DNA of 64,000 nt from Raja brachyura (taxonomy: Eukaryota): assembly GCA_963514005.1 (NCBI GenBank), contig OY740812.1, positions 30,380,001 through 30,444,000 on the forward strand, written 5' to 3'. This document shows, one piece after another, positions 1 to 13,300 of the stretch. The first letter of the stretch is position 1. Each line of letters begins with the position of its first letter. The translations under genes and the position numbers were made by a program. The notes beneath the pieces were generated by a model that worked only from the letters and a program-made list of their open reading frames with translations, had not been told where the DNA came from and did no database searches.

Positions 1-3000
1 CCTGCCATCCTAGGAATCAGTCTGGTGAACCTTCTCTGTACTCCCTCTATGGCAAGAATGCATTTCCTCAGATTAGGTGACCAAAACTGTACACAATACT
101 CCAGGTGTGGCCTCACCAAGACCCTGTACAACTGCAGTAGAACCCCCCCTGCTCTTGTACTCAAATCCTTTTGCTATGAATGCCAACATACCATTCACTT
201 ACTTCACTGCCTGCTGCACCTGCATGCCTACTTTCAATGACTGGTGTACCATGCCACCCAGGTCTCGTTGCATCAACCTTTTTCCTAATCGGCCACCATT
301 CAGATAATAGTCTACTTTCCTGTTTTTGCCACCAAAGTGGATAACCTCACATTTATCCACATTATACTACATCTGCCATGCATTTGCCCACTCACCCAAC
401 CTATCCAGGTCACCTTGCAGCCTCCTAGCATCCTCCTCACAACTAACACTGCCCCCCAGCTTTGCGTCATCCGCAAACTTGCAGATATTGCATTCAATTC
501 CCTCATCCAAATCATTAATATATATTGTAAACAGCTGGGGTCCCAGCACTGAGCCTTGCGGTACCCCACTAGTCACTGCCTGCCATTCCGAAAAGAACCC
601 GTTTACTCCTACTCTTTACTTCCTGCCAGCCAGTTCTCTATCCACATCAATACTGAACCCCCAATACCATGTGCTTTAAGTTTGCATACTAATTTATTAT
701 GTGGGACTTTGTCGAAAGCCTTCTGAAAGTCCAGATATAACGCATCGACTGGTTCTCCCTTTTCCACTATACTAGTTACATCCTCGATAAATTCTATAAG
801 ATTCGTCAGACATGATTTACCTTTCATAAATCCATGCGGACTTTGTCCAATGATTTCACCACTTTCCAAATGTGCTGCTATCCTATCTTTAATAACTGAC
901 TAGCATTTTCCCCACTACCGATGTTAGACTAACTGGTCTGTAATTCCCCGTTTTCTCTCTCCCTCCCTTTTTAAAAAGTGGGGTTACATTAGCTACCCTC
1001 TAATCCTCAGGTACTACTCCAGAATCTAAAGAGTTTTGAAACATTATCACTAATGCATCTACTATTTCTGGGGATAATTCCTCAAGTACTCTGGGATGCA
1101 GACTATCTGGCCCTGGGGATTTATCCACCTTTAATCTAGTCAATTTACCCAACACCACTTCCCAGCTAACCTGGATTTCACTCAATTCCTCCATCTCATT
1201 TGACCCCCGGTCCCTTGCTATTTCTGGCAGATTATTTATGTCTTCCTTAGTGAAGACAGAACCAAAGTAGTTATTCAATTGGTCTGCCATGTCCTTGTTC
1301 CCCATGACCAATTCACCCGTTTCTGACTGCAAGGGACCTACATTTGTTTTAACTAATCTTTTTCTCTTCACATATCTATAAAATATTTTGCAGTCAGTTT
1401 TTATGTTCCCTGCCAGTTTTATTTCATAATCTATTTTCCCTTTCCTAATTAAGCCCTTTGTCCTCCTCTGCTGGACTCGCTGGAATTTTTCCCTGTCCTC
1501 TGGTAGGCTGCTTTTTCTGGCTAATTTGTATGCTTCATCTTTTGTTTTGATACTATCCCTGATTTCCCTTGCTATCCCCAGATGCACTACCTTCCTTGAT
1601 TTATTCTTTTACCAAACTGGGATGAACAATTGTTGTAGTTCATCCATGCAGTCTTTAAATGCCTTCCATTGCATATCCACTGTCAACCCTTTAAGGATCA
1701 ATTGCCAGTCTATCTTGGCCAATTCACGTCTCATATCCTCAAAGTTACCTTTCTTTAAGTTCAGAACCCTTGTTTCTGAATTAACTATGTCACTCTCCAT
1801 CCTAATGAAGAACTCAACCATATTATGGTCACTCTTGCCCAATGGGCCACGCACAACAAGACTGCTAACTAACCCTTCCTCATTACTCAATACCCAGTCT
1901 AGAATAGCCTGTTCTCTCGTTGGTTCCTCTACATGTTGGTTTAGAAAACTATCCCACATACATTCCAAGAAATCCTCTTCCTCAGCACCCCTGCCAATTT
2001 GATTCACCCAATCTATATGTAGATTGAAGTCACCCATTATAACTGTATTACCTTTGTTGCACACATTTCTAATTTCCTGTTTGGTGCTATCCCCAACTCC
2101 ACTACTACTGTTAGGTGGCCTGTACACAACTCCCATTAGCGTTTTCTGCCCGTTAGTGTTTCGCAGCTCTACCCATATTGAGTCCACATCCTCCAAGCTA
2201 ATGTCCTTCCTTTCTATTGCGTTAATCTCCTCTCTAACCAGCAACGCTACCCCACCTTCTTTTCCTTTCTGTCTAGCCCTCCTGAATATTGAATATCCCT
2301 GGATGTTCAGCTCCAAGCCTTGGTCACCCTGGAGCCATGTCTCCGTGACCCCAACTATGTCATATTCATTAACAACTATCTGCACATTCAACTCATCCAC
2401 CTTATTACGAATGCTCCTTGCATTGAGACACAAAGCCTTCAGGCTTGTTTTTACAACACTCTTACTGCTTATACAATTATGTTGAAAAGTGAACCTTTTT
2501 GATTTTTGCCCTGGATTTGTCTGCCTGCCACTTTTACTTTTCACCTTGCTACCTATTGCTTCTACCCTCATTTTACACCCCTCTGTCTCTCTGCTCATGC
2601 TCCCATCCCTCTGCCACATTAGTTTAAATCCTTCCGAAAGCACTAGCAAACACTCCCCCAAGGACATTGGTTCCATTCCAGACCAGGTGCAGACCGTCCT
2701 GTTTGTACTGGTCCCACCTCCCCCAGAACAGGTTCCAATGCCCTAGAAATTTGAATCCCTCCCCCTTGCACCATTTTTCAAGCCACGTACTCATCTTCAA
2801 TATCCTCCTATTTCTACTCTGATTAGCATGTGGCTCTGGTAGTAATCCAGAGATTATTACCTTTGAGGTCCCACTTTTAACTTTATCTCCTAGCTCCCTA
2901 AATTCACCTTGTAGGACCTCATCCCGTTTTTTACCTATATCGTTGGTGCCAATGTGCACCATGACAATGGCTGTTCACCCTTCCCCTGCAGAATGTTCTG

Positions 3001-3560
3001 CAGCCACTCAGTGACATCCCTGGCCATTGCACCAGGGAGGCAACATACCATCCTGGAGTCTCGTTTGCTGCCGCAGAAACGCCTATCTATTCCTCTTACA
3101 ATTGAATCCCCTATTACTATAGCCGTTCCACTCTTTTTCCTCCTCTCCTGTGCCGCAGAGCCACCCACGGTGCCATGAACTTGGCTGTTGCTGCCTTCCC
3201 CTGATGAGCCATCTCCCCCAACAGTATCCAAAATGGTAAATCTGTTTAAGAGGGAGATGACCGCAAGGGACTCCTAACTACTTGTCTACTGCTATGCTGG
3301 GTAGTCGCCAACAATTCCCTTTCTGTCTGCTTAACTTTTACCTGCGGTATTGCCAACTCACTGTACGTGCTATTCACGACTTTCTCAGCATCGTGGATGC
3401 TCCAGTATGAATCCAACCGCAGCTCCAACCGTTCAATGCAGTCTGCCAGGAGCTGCAGCTGGACACACTTCCTGCACACGTAGTCACCAGGGACACCGAC
3501 CATATCCCTGATCTCCCACGTTGCAGGATGAGCAATGCATGGGGCCGATCTCAACTGATA
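1..3560 (-). mobile_element. Near full-length decayed CR1 LINE (ORF1 esterase + ORF2 APE/RT), continues past window start
   Basis: Frameshifted ORF pieces in the expected order: CRKCVQL Zn-finger remnant, IVIGDSIVRG / VHIGTND / DGLHL (SGNH esterase), CLNARS..VTETW..MGDFN..SDH (APE), [33 protein letters not shown] (RT). Confidence 0.95.
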
Positions 3561-4379
3561 TGGCTTACCCCCAAAATTAAATCAACTCACTCCCACTATA
3601 AAAATATAATCATTTAAACTGTACCTTTACTAAAAAACACTATACTCTTAACTCACTGAACCCTTAACTAAAAAGTACGAACAGAAAGCAGAAATACAAA
3701 CCTGTGGTTAGTCCCAATCAGCAGCTTCCTCTAGTCCGTTTCCCCAATCAGCGGCTTCCTCCAGATCACTTCTTTTGAAATGTGATGGAACGTTGCGGAA
3801 TGGGGACTCCAACCGCTGCTGGGCCTCTGTGGAACAAAGCCCCGCGCTCCGTTTTTAAACTCACCACCCGGACGCTGTACCAGCCGCTCCTGGGCCTGAT
3901 GTGATTTGTTCTATTACAAATCTCAAATTGTGGAGTACAGAGGCAAATAAACAAATGATGGGTCTTTGTCCCAAACATTATGGAGGGCATTGTAGCAGCA
4001 CTGGGATATTTAAAGACCCATGATCTGCAAGGCATTTAACCTAGTTCCGGAATGTGCGTTTAGACAGTAGCTTTTCTCAATTGTGATGTACATAATCACG
4101 ATTTTAAATAAGCCTATAAAAAATGTAAGGCATTAACAGATCAGCAAAAAAACAAGTCATCGATGAATGATAGGTGAATTGGATACCAGGAGTGATGTTA
4201 GAGTAAGTTTAAGGATGGTATTATTAAGGATGATATTTTTAAAGATGGGAATAGAGTGATTCGGTTTCCAAATGTAGGCAGGGAAACAGCGGAAGGCAAG
4301 GAGGTGTTTAGTGAGAAAATAAATGTAAAATTCAGCTAAAATCTGTAGGTTATGAATTATACATTTTTTAATAATTTAT

Positions 4380-4600
4380 ATGCAGGAAAAATGTTGCCAA
4401 TGTCGTCGAGAGGGGGGTGCAGTCCAGAACCAGGGGTCACAGTGGAGGCCAATTCACTGGCTGTTTTCAAGAGAGAGGTAGATAGAGCTCTACGGGTTAA
4501 AGGAATCAAGAGATATGGGGAAAAAACTGGAACGGGGCACTGATTCTGGACTGATCAGCCAAGATCATATTACTCCTGCACCTATTTTCTATGTTTCTAT
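4380..4600 (+). mobile_element. CR1 3' end fragment
   Basis: gtggaggccaattcactgg...atcagcc...ctcctgcacctattttctatgtttctat, the same tail as other CR1 copies here. Confidence 0.8.
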
Positions 4601-4695
4601 ATGCAAGTCTTCAAATTTGACCAACATTTTAAAATAGAATTTTACTGTGACAAAAGCTTAATTTTATATGTTCTTAGTTGAAAGGCAAAGCTTAA

Positions 4696-6277
4696 TGGCC
4701 CTGTCTCACGGTGCACCCACGAGTGGTCCCGAGTTTAAAACAAATCAAACTCGTGGTAATCACATAGAATTAACGTGGGAATGTCGCAACGCTAACGGCA
4801 AGTACTCGGGAAACTTGTTAACTCATGAAAATCTTTCAACATGATGAAAGATTTTCATGGGTCAAATTTACTCTTGAAGTGAAAATTTTAAACTTTTAAA
4901 CTCGTTGTAAGAACGTAGTAGCCCATGAGTTTACCGTAACTCAGCGGGACAGGCAGCATCTCTGGAGAGAAGGAATGGGTGACGGGATGACGTTTCCAAA
5001 ATTCCGCTGCGTCTTTGTGTTACTCCAGCACCGTGTGTTCACTTTTTGTCAACCAGCATCTGCCCTTTCTTGTGTGTGGCAATTATTTGTATCTGTGGCG
5101 GTTGATTGTCGCTTCCTGCAGTTTCCCAGGGGGTTGGGACGGGACTGGAGTTGGGAGGGAAAGGTTGGGGGGGGGGGGGGGGAGGGAGTTGGGGTGACTT
5201 AGTACGGGAGACAAGTGTAGGAGGTGTACTGACTGTGTGGGCAGACACTTTGGTATTGATTGCCCATGGGGTTCACTGTCGAGGACTTCATAATGTAGAG
5301 AGCATTATAAACAGTTGCCGCAAAAAAAGATTGTGTGTGGATCTGGTATATCTGGGTATTAAAGGCACTTCAGGTCTGCAGTGTGCAATAGTCACCAAAA
5401 TACACTGCATCTTTAGAAAGGAAAAATACAAAATATGTCGATCCCACTGGATAGACCTTAGTCATGGTGCACTACAACACGGAAACAGGTCCTTCGGCCC
5501 AGCTTAGCCATGCCGTCCGTTGGCGTCTTGGGGAAGTCCTATAAACCTTTCCCATCCATTTATCTGTTGTTAATAACCTCAAGAAAATATGAAGTCTGTG
5601 AGCCTGCTTCGGTTTCCTGGGTCCAACTCAGAGAGGTCTCCCCCCTTTCCAGGGTTAATCGCTCCACTGTTTATAATGCTCTCTGCATTATGAAGTCCTC
5701 GACAGTGAACCCCATGGGCAATCATTACCAAAGTGTCTGCCTACACAGTCAGTACACGTCTCCTACACTTGACTCCCATACTGAGTTACCCCGACCCCCC
5801 TACACACCCCCCCCCCCCCCCCCCCCCACCTTTCCCTCCCAACTCCAGTCCCGTTCCAACCCCCTGGGAAACTGAAGGGAGCGACAATGCTGGTTGACAA
5901 AAAGTGAACACACGGTGCTGGAATAACACAAAGTCGCAGCAGAAATTTGGAAACGTCATCCCATCACCCATTCCTTCTCTCCAGAGATGCTACCTGTCCC
6001 GCTGAGTTAAAGAGTGCCCACGGTAAACTCACGGGCTACTACATTCTTACAACGAGTTTAAAAGTTTAACATTTTTACTTCAAGAGTAAATTTAACCCGT
6101 GGAAATCTTTCATCATGTTGAAAGTTTTCCACGAGTTAACAATTTTCCAGAGTACCTGCCGTTAGTGTTATGCGTTCCGACGTTCCCGCTACGTTAATTC
6201 TACGTGAGTACCAAGAGTTTGATTTGTTTTAAATTCGGGATCACTCGTGGGTGGACTCGCGCCGTGGGACAGGGGTT
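4696..6277. mobile_element. Foldback non-autonomous PIF/Harbinger-type element with ~615-bp inverted arms
   Basis: Arms 4696-5315 and 5666-6277 are reverse complements with small indels; termini tggccctgtctcacgg / ccgtgggacaggggtt; TAA on both flanks. Confidence 0.85.
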
Positions 6278-6764
6278 TAAGGCTGGGACAAATAAATAAA
6301 CTGAAGAGGAAGAAATGGAAATAATTATAATTCTAGTCAAATGGCAAAGATGAATCAGATGAGGGAAAATCGAACACCAAGGGCATGTGAAGACCATCAC
6401 CGACTGTCGGGGGGAGAAGTGTGGCAGATTGAGAGGGGGAGAACTGGAGCTGTCTTAGGAAGTTTGACTTGTTTTTAGTTTTGATTCGGTAGCATTTGGC
6501 AATTCCTCCTTCAGCCTCAGGACCAAAAGGATGCCAAATATCAAACTGGCTTCCACTGTGGCTAATCAGATGTGTAAAGTTTCTGCATTTTAACGGGAAG
6601 TTAGCAGAAGAATTCCTCCAACCCAAGGTAAAGGACAATTCTGCAGCATGCTTGCACTGGTGCGTGAACATTACTACACCAGTGACAGACTTGCTGACTT
6701 CATTTTATTCACATTCATTACTTTAGCAGCATGGGAACAGAAGCACTCATGTTATCAACCCTAC

Positions 6765-6827
6765 CTGAAGATTACACAAGGACACATTGGGACAGCAGTG
6801 TACAAGATCTTCACAGCACATTGCAGG
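6765..6827 (-). pseudogene. Degenerate granulin C-half exon (pseudo-exon or atypical exon)
   Basis: tttgctgcag|PAMCCEDLVHCCPNVSLCNLQ|gtaggg; keeps CC-D-HCCP-C but lacks the last Cys; read-through hits TGA five codons later. Confidence 0.6.
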
Positions 6828-8176
6828 CTGCAGCAAAGTTAAATCAATTTAAATGTGACTGCCAAGAGACAACTCAATGTTTGCCGTAAGAGTCTATGTG
6901 AAACCCAAAAGTCCTAATTCTGAAATAAGGATACTGGGACAGTATCATAATCTCAGTTTGATACCCATCCACCTGCACGTCAGAATCCCACTCCAGGCTT
7001 TTGTCCATTTCCCCTTACAATAATGCAGCTTGACATTTTCTGGCTCTGCTTCCCATGGTCAGTAAATCCCATGGCCCAGCACGTTTTAAACCTAATCTGT
7101 ACCCGAGTAACTCTTACCAGTATCCCTTTTGCAATCTCAGCAGACAGCCAATGCTGCCGATTTAACGGAAACAGGTTACAAACAGTTCTTGGAACCCATA
7201 CGTAACCTGGGGATACCTATATGTAAGAATAGTTCTCCTGCTCAGAGGACAATCGGGGACAATTTTTGTGGTCCAGCATCAGTCAGGCCTCAAGGGTGAC
7301 AGACTAAATAGTGTCGACTAATTTAAACACAATCTAATTTAAACATAAGATAGACCAGTTATTTGAAAACTGCATACTGGTTGAACCGTACGTCTCTTCC
7401 ACCAGCTATTGCATAATCACTGCAGTGACTGTTAGCAAAGCTTGCAGATGTCCTCCAGAAAGAATGTGGGTTGGCCCTCGTATAGAGGATTGAAGAGGCA
7501 TTTAGATAGTTACAAGGATATGCCGAGAATAGAGGGATATAGATTACGTGCAGGTAAATAAGAATTGATCTTGACATCATGTTCAGCACACGCATTGTGG
7601 GCCAAGGGTACAATAGGTACACAAAATGCTGCCGTAACTCAACGGGTCAGGCAGCATCTTTGGGGAAAAGGAATACTCTTCTTCAGACCCATTTCCATGT
7701 TCGACATAATGCCTCATACCAGTCATAGCTGTTGAAAATTCAAGGACTGTATGGTTTCACTCTAATTTAGTTCCCAAAATACAAACACAAGAAACTGTAG
7801 ATGCTGGAATCTTGAGCAAAAAACAAATTGCTGGAGGATCACAGCAGCCCGAGCAACATCTGCAGAAAGGGAATGGACAGGCAACGTTTTGGGTCTTGAT
7901 CAAAACGTCATCCGTCCATTTCCCTCCACAGATGCTGCTTGACCTGTGGAGCCCCTCAATAAATGACATCACATTAACTTTTCTGTTCACAAAATGTCAA
8001 TGGAATGGAGGTTGTTTGACCTGAAACTGCTATAGCACCCATAACCCCAGTTGGAGCTGTACATATACAGAATGAACTCTCCAAACCTACATGAGCTAGT
8101 AAATACGCAGAAGACAGTAATTCAATAGGACCCTCATTTCCTGAACATTATTTTTTTCAGGTAACAACTGAATCTA

Positions 8177-9531
8177 CAGTGCATTCAGAAAGTATTCAGA
8201 CCCCTTCACTTTTTCCACATATTATGTTACAGATTTATTCGAAAACTGATTAAATTTGTTTTTTTAAATCATCAATCTACGCACAATGCCCCATAATAAA
8301 AAAGCAAAATCAACTGTTTAGAAATTTTTGCAAAGTAATTAAAAAGAAATAACTGAAATATCACATTTACATAAGTATTCAGACCCTTTACTTTGTTGAG
8401 GCACTTTTGGCAGCGATTACAGCCTCAAAACATCTTGGGAATGACGCTACAAGCTTGGCACATCTGTATTTGGGTCATTTCTGATTCTTCTCTGCAGATC
8501 CTCTCAATCTCTGTCAGGTTGGATGAGGAGCGTCGATGCAGTTATATTCAGGTCCCTCCAGAGATGTTCGATCCGGCTCAAGTCCAGGCTCTGGCTGGGC
8601 CACTCAAGGTCATTCACAGACTTGTCATGAAGCCACTCCTGGATTGTCTTGGCTGTGTGCTTAGGGTCGTTGTCCTGTTGGAAGGTGAACCTCCGCCCAA
8701 GTCTGAGGTCCAGAACGCTCTGGAGCAGGTTTTCATCAAGGATCTCTCTGTACTTTGCTCCGTTCATCTTTCCCTCGATCCTGACTAGTCTCCCAGTTCT
8801 TGCCGCTGAAAAACATCCCACAGCACGATGCTGCCACCACTATGCTTCACCGTAGGTATGGTATTGGCCAGGTGATGAGCGGTGCCAGGTGTCCTCTAGA
8901 TGTGACACTTGCCATTCAGGCCAAAGAGTTCAACCTTGGTTTCATCAGACCAGAGAATCTTGCTTCTCATGGTCTGAGAGTCCTTTAGGTGATTTAGGCA
9001 AACTCCAAATGGACCGTCATGTGCCTTTTACTGAGGAGTGCATTCTGTCTGGCCATTCTACCATAAAGGCCTGAATGGTGGAGTGTTGCAGATATAGTTG
9101 TCCTTCTGGAAGGTTCTCCCATCTCCAGAGGAACTCTGGAGCCCTGTCAGAGTGACCATTCGGTTCTTGGTCACCTCCCTGACCAAGGCTCTTCTCCCCG
9201 ATTTCTCAGTTTGCCCAGACGGCCAGCTCTATCAAGAGTTCTGGTGGTTCCATTGTATTCGATGGAGGCCATTGTACTGTTCGGGACCTGCAATGCTGCA
9301 GAGATTGTTTTATACCGTTCCCCAGATTTGTGTCTCGACATAATCCTGTCTCGGAGGACCACGGACAATTGTCTGTTTTCGCTTCTGCATTCTGGGGTAT
9401 TGTGTGTAGATTGATGATTAAAAAAACAATTTTTCATGGATTTTTTAATGGATTTAATCCATTTAAAAATAAGGCTGCAACGCAACAAAATGTGGAAAAA
9501 GTGAAGGTCTGAATACTTTCAGAATGCACTG
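8177..9531 (-). mobile_element. Tc1-family DNA transposon, decayed DD34E transposase
   Basis: TA|cagtgcattcagaaagtattcagacc ... ggtctgaatactttcagaatgcactg TIRs; inner direct repeat aagtattcagaccc at ~8373; FQQDNDPKH...[15 protein letters not shown] with 34 residues between D and E; frameshifts. Confidence 0.95.
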
Positions 9532-9792
9532 CATGCTGTAGATAACATTAACTCACTCTATAACATCCCTGATCCAGATAAAGCTGTACAAGTGTGCCTT
9601 CCAATGGGACTATACGTCTGACCCAGCCGACTTGCATTACAAACGAGCCACTTTTACATCCATTTCATATGGGAAACATTAATGCTTGTACCAATGAAGA
9701 TTCCTTAAATTAATTGGATAGCTAGTCTCCATAATAGATACAAATGTCAGTGTTCGCCCATTACAATGAAAGATTTTGTTTTTAGAACTAAC

Positions 9793-10017
9793 CAATGGGC
9801 TCGCGCAGCATCCCCAGTCCCCAGAAGGTTGCTTGCAGCAGGTGTCACCTGCGGGGCAGCTCGTGGTATCATCACACTTCACATCCATCATGGCACCTTT
9901 CAGAACAGCTGGCATTTTGGTCCTCCAGCGCATTGAAGCACGCTTCTCCGTACAACCTCCAGCTACACAGGTCGATCCTTGTGGACAGCAGTGTATTTTA
10001 TCACTACAACAAACTGC
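9793..10017 (-). CDS. grn: Progranulin coding exon 9 (C-half module 5 + N-half module 6)
   Basis: ttctcccatcag|AVCCSDKIHCCPQGSTCVAGGCTEKRASMRWRTKMPAVLKGAMMDVKCDDTTSCPAGDTCCKQPSGDWGCCASPL|gttagt; 225 nt, phase 0-0. Confidence 0.93.
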
Positions 10018-10130
10018 CTGATGGGAGAATAAAGAAAACGTATTATAGTACAATTAAATATTGTCACAAAAATAATAAGTAGTTATTTTAAATCATTACA
10101 ATGTTTAGACTTTATATTCCTGACTATTAT

Positions 10131-10340
10131 AGTCATACAGCATGGAAACAGGCCCTGCGACCCAACTTGCTCACACCGACTAACATGTCCCATCTACACT
10201 AGTCCCACCTGCCCATCTTTGGCCCATATCACTCAAAACCTGCCCTATCCATGTACACAATTGTTTCTTAAACGTTACAATAGTCCCTGCCTCAACCAAC
10301 CCCTCTGGTAACCCGTTCCATACACCCACCTCCCTTTGGG
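10131..10340 (-). mobile_element. CR1-type 3' tail fragment
   Basis: VGVWNGLPEGLVEAGTIVTFKK (CR1 ORF2 C-terminus) in ORF 10180..10461, followed by the tail. Confidence 0.75.
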
Positions 10341-13300
10341 TCCGAGTTAAGACCAAAGTTGGACCCTTGAAGACTGAAAAGGGTGAATTTATTATGGGGA
10401 ACAAGGAAATGGCAAATGAGTTGAACAGGTACTTTTGATCAGTCTTCAATAAGGAGGACAAACAATCTTCCTGATGTACTAGCCAGAGGATCTGGGGTGA
10501 CAGAAGAACTGAAGGAAATGCACATTAGACAAGAAATGGTGTTGGATAGACTGATGGGACTGAAGGCTGACAAATCCCCAGGGCCTGATGGTCTACATCC
10601 TAGGGTACTTAAGGAAGTGGCTCTAGAAATCGTGGCCACATTGGTGATCATTTTCCAATGTTCTATAGAATCAGGATCAGTTCCTGTGGATTGGAGGGTA
10701 ACTAATGTTATTCCACTTTTTAAGAAAGGTGGGAGAGAGAAAACAGGGAATTATAGATCAGTTAGCCTGACATCGGTGGTGGGGAAGTTGCTGGGGTCCT
10801 GAGCATGCGCCGAACTGAAAGGCAGCAAGTCCTTGTAGCTCCGGGTTTTGTTTTAGTGTTTTAGCATGTTAGTGTAGCAATGTTATAAAATTTTGAGATT
10901 TTAAAAATCAAGTCTGCAATTTATCCCATCAGATAAAGCATAAAAAGAAGTTTAATTTGACACCTAATTTACTTTCATATCTTCAGTATTAGGAAAGTTA
11001 TGGCCATTTTCATACTCGGAAATGAGCATCTTGCTTCCCATTGCCTTTCAATTGACTTAACTCAAAAGCTGTGATCTGGAAAAGTTAAAAGCCCATAACA
11101 TTCTTAAAAATTAAGAGAACTCAATGAAATTTTCAGTTATTATAGATTGAAGCATTCTGAAACAAATATTAAACAATCTTACTTGGATTACCTGAAATTA
11201 AAGCATATAATTAGTTAGTTATCTAATTGTAGCTAATTACAAAATTCAATGAGTAGATCTAAACATCTATCAATTTCTTAAGAAAAGATAAACTTTTGTT
11301 AAATTGCCTAAGTGTCCAAATAACATTCACACAATAATCCACAATATAACATAATTTTTAAATCTCATTTTCATGAATTTCTGGGCCAAATGGAAGGAAT
11401 TTAGTGTTTTATGCCTGTAAATTAATGGCCATTTAAATCAACTAGCGAGTGGGTTTTGTGGAATGCGGTGGATTAGAACGTTGCGGTTAGCGGTGAAGTC
11501 GGCAGGAAAAATACTGTTCATACATTTTTTGGGAACCCATTTCGCAACATAAAAATATTATTAAAGCCTCCCGAAAAACCAACTTTTAATATAAAAATAA
11601 ACTACCTTTTTTTCTCCCCTACGGAAAATCCTTCCGGTTGTCAGTGCTCACGGCTTTTGAAGGTGATTTTTAAATTACTCTAGTTAATAAATAATTTAGA
11701 GTAATTTAAAAATACCTTCATTGATGAAATGTCGGAGCGATTTTTCTTCCGCAACGAAATCGCCCGACATTCATCAATTATCCAGGTCTGTGGAAAAACG
11801 GCACTTTAAGCCCGCCCCCCCTCTGAAAGGCGCTAAAGTCGCGCACACGGGGAGCGGCAGAAGTGCAGCGCCGCTAAAGGTAAGTTTTGCAACATACCTA
11901 GTTAGTGTCCTTTGTTTAGTGTTTTGTTTAGTTTAGTTTAGTTTTTTGTGAAGGACAAGGACAAGGACTTGGATACAAGTCCTTGTAGCTTTTAAGTATT
12001 TATTGCTCTCAGGTAGTGTCCACATTGTATTTTATGTATTTTCTGTCTGCGTTCGTTTTGGATGTGTGGGTTTGTTAGTTGGGGGCTTCTGGACATCTGA
12101 ATTTCCCTGAGGAGATCAATAAAGTATTTATTATTATTATTACTATTGGAGTTAATCTTAAAAGATGAAATAGCGGCACATTTGGACAGCAGTAACAGGA
12201 TCGGTCAGTGTCAGCACGGATTTACAAAGGGGAAAATCATGCTTGACTAATCTTCTAGAATTTTTGGAGATGTAACTAGGAAAATGGACAAGGGAGAGCC
12301 AGTGGATGCAGTGTACCCGGACTTTCAGAAAGCATTTGCTAAGGTACCACATTGGAGATTAGTGGGCAAAATTAGGGCACTTGGTATTGGGGGTAGTGTG
12401 CTGACATGGATAGAAAATTGGTTGGCAGGCAGGAAACAGAGAGTGGGGATTAACGGGTCCCTTTCAGAATGGCAGGCAGTGACTAGTGGGGTACCGCAAG
12501 GCTCGGTTCTGGGACCACTGCTATTTATAATATATATTAATGATTTGGATGAAGGGATTACAAGTAACATTAGCAAATTTTCAGATGACGCAAAGTTGGG
12601 TGGCAGTGTGAACAGTGAGGAGGATGCCATAAGAATGCAGGGTGACTTTGACAGGTTGGGTGGGTGGGCAGATGGATGGCAGATGCAGTTTAATGTAGAT
12701 ATATGTGTGGTTATCCACTTTTGCAGCAAAAAAAGTCAGATTATCTAAATGGTGTCAAGTTTGAGAAAAGGGGAAGTACATGGGGATTTGGGGGTCCTTA
12801 TTCATCAGTCCATGAAAGCAAGCATGCAGGTACAGCAGGCCTTGAAGAAAACGAATGGCATGTTGGCCTTCATAACAAGAGGAGTTGAGTATTGGAACAA
12901 AGAGGTCCTTCTGCAGTTGTACAGGGCCCTAGTGAGACCACACCTGGAGTGTTGTGTGCAGTTTGGTCTCCAAATTTGAGGAAGGACATTCTTGCTATTG
13001 AGGGAGTGCAGTGAGTGTAGGTTCACAAGGTTAATTCCCGGGATGGCGGGACGGTCATATGCTGAGAGAATGGAATGGCTGGACTTGTATACTCTGGAAT
13101 TTACAGGGATGAGAGGGGATCTTATTGAAACATATTAAAGGTTTGAGTATTTGAGTATTAAAGGTTTGGACACACTAGAGGCTGGAAACATGTTCCCAAT
13201 GTTGGGGGAGTCCAGAATCAGAGGCCACAGTTTAATAATAAGGGGTAAGCCTTTTAGAACGGAGACAAGAAACAGTTTTTCACACTGAGAGTTGTGAGTC

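Noticed and set aside
7118-7216. 99-nt open, AG/GT-bounded, phase 0-0 segment on the minus strand
   Set aside because: Translation (VSPGYVWVPRTVCNLFPL...) has no granulin character, the polypyrimidine tract is poor, and it would split a module; probably chance.
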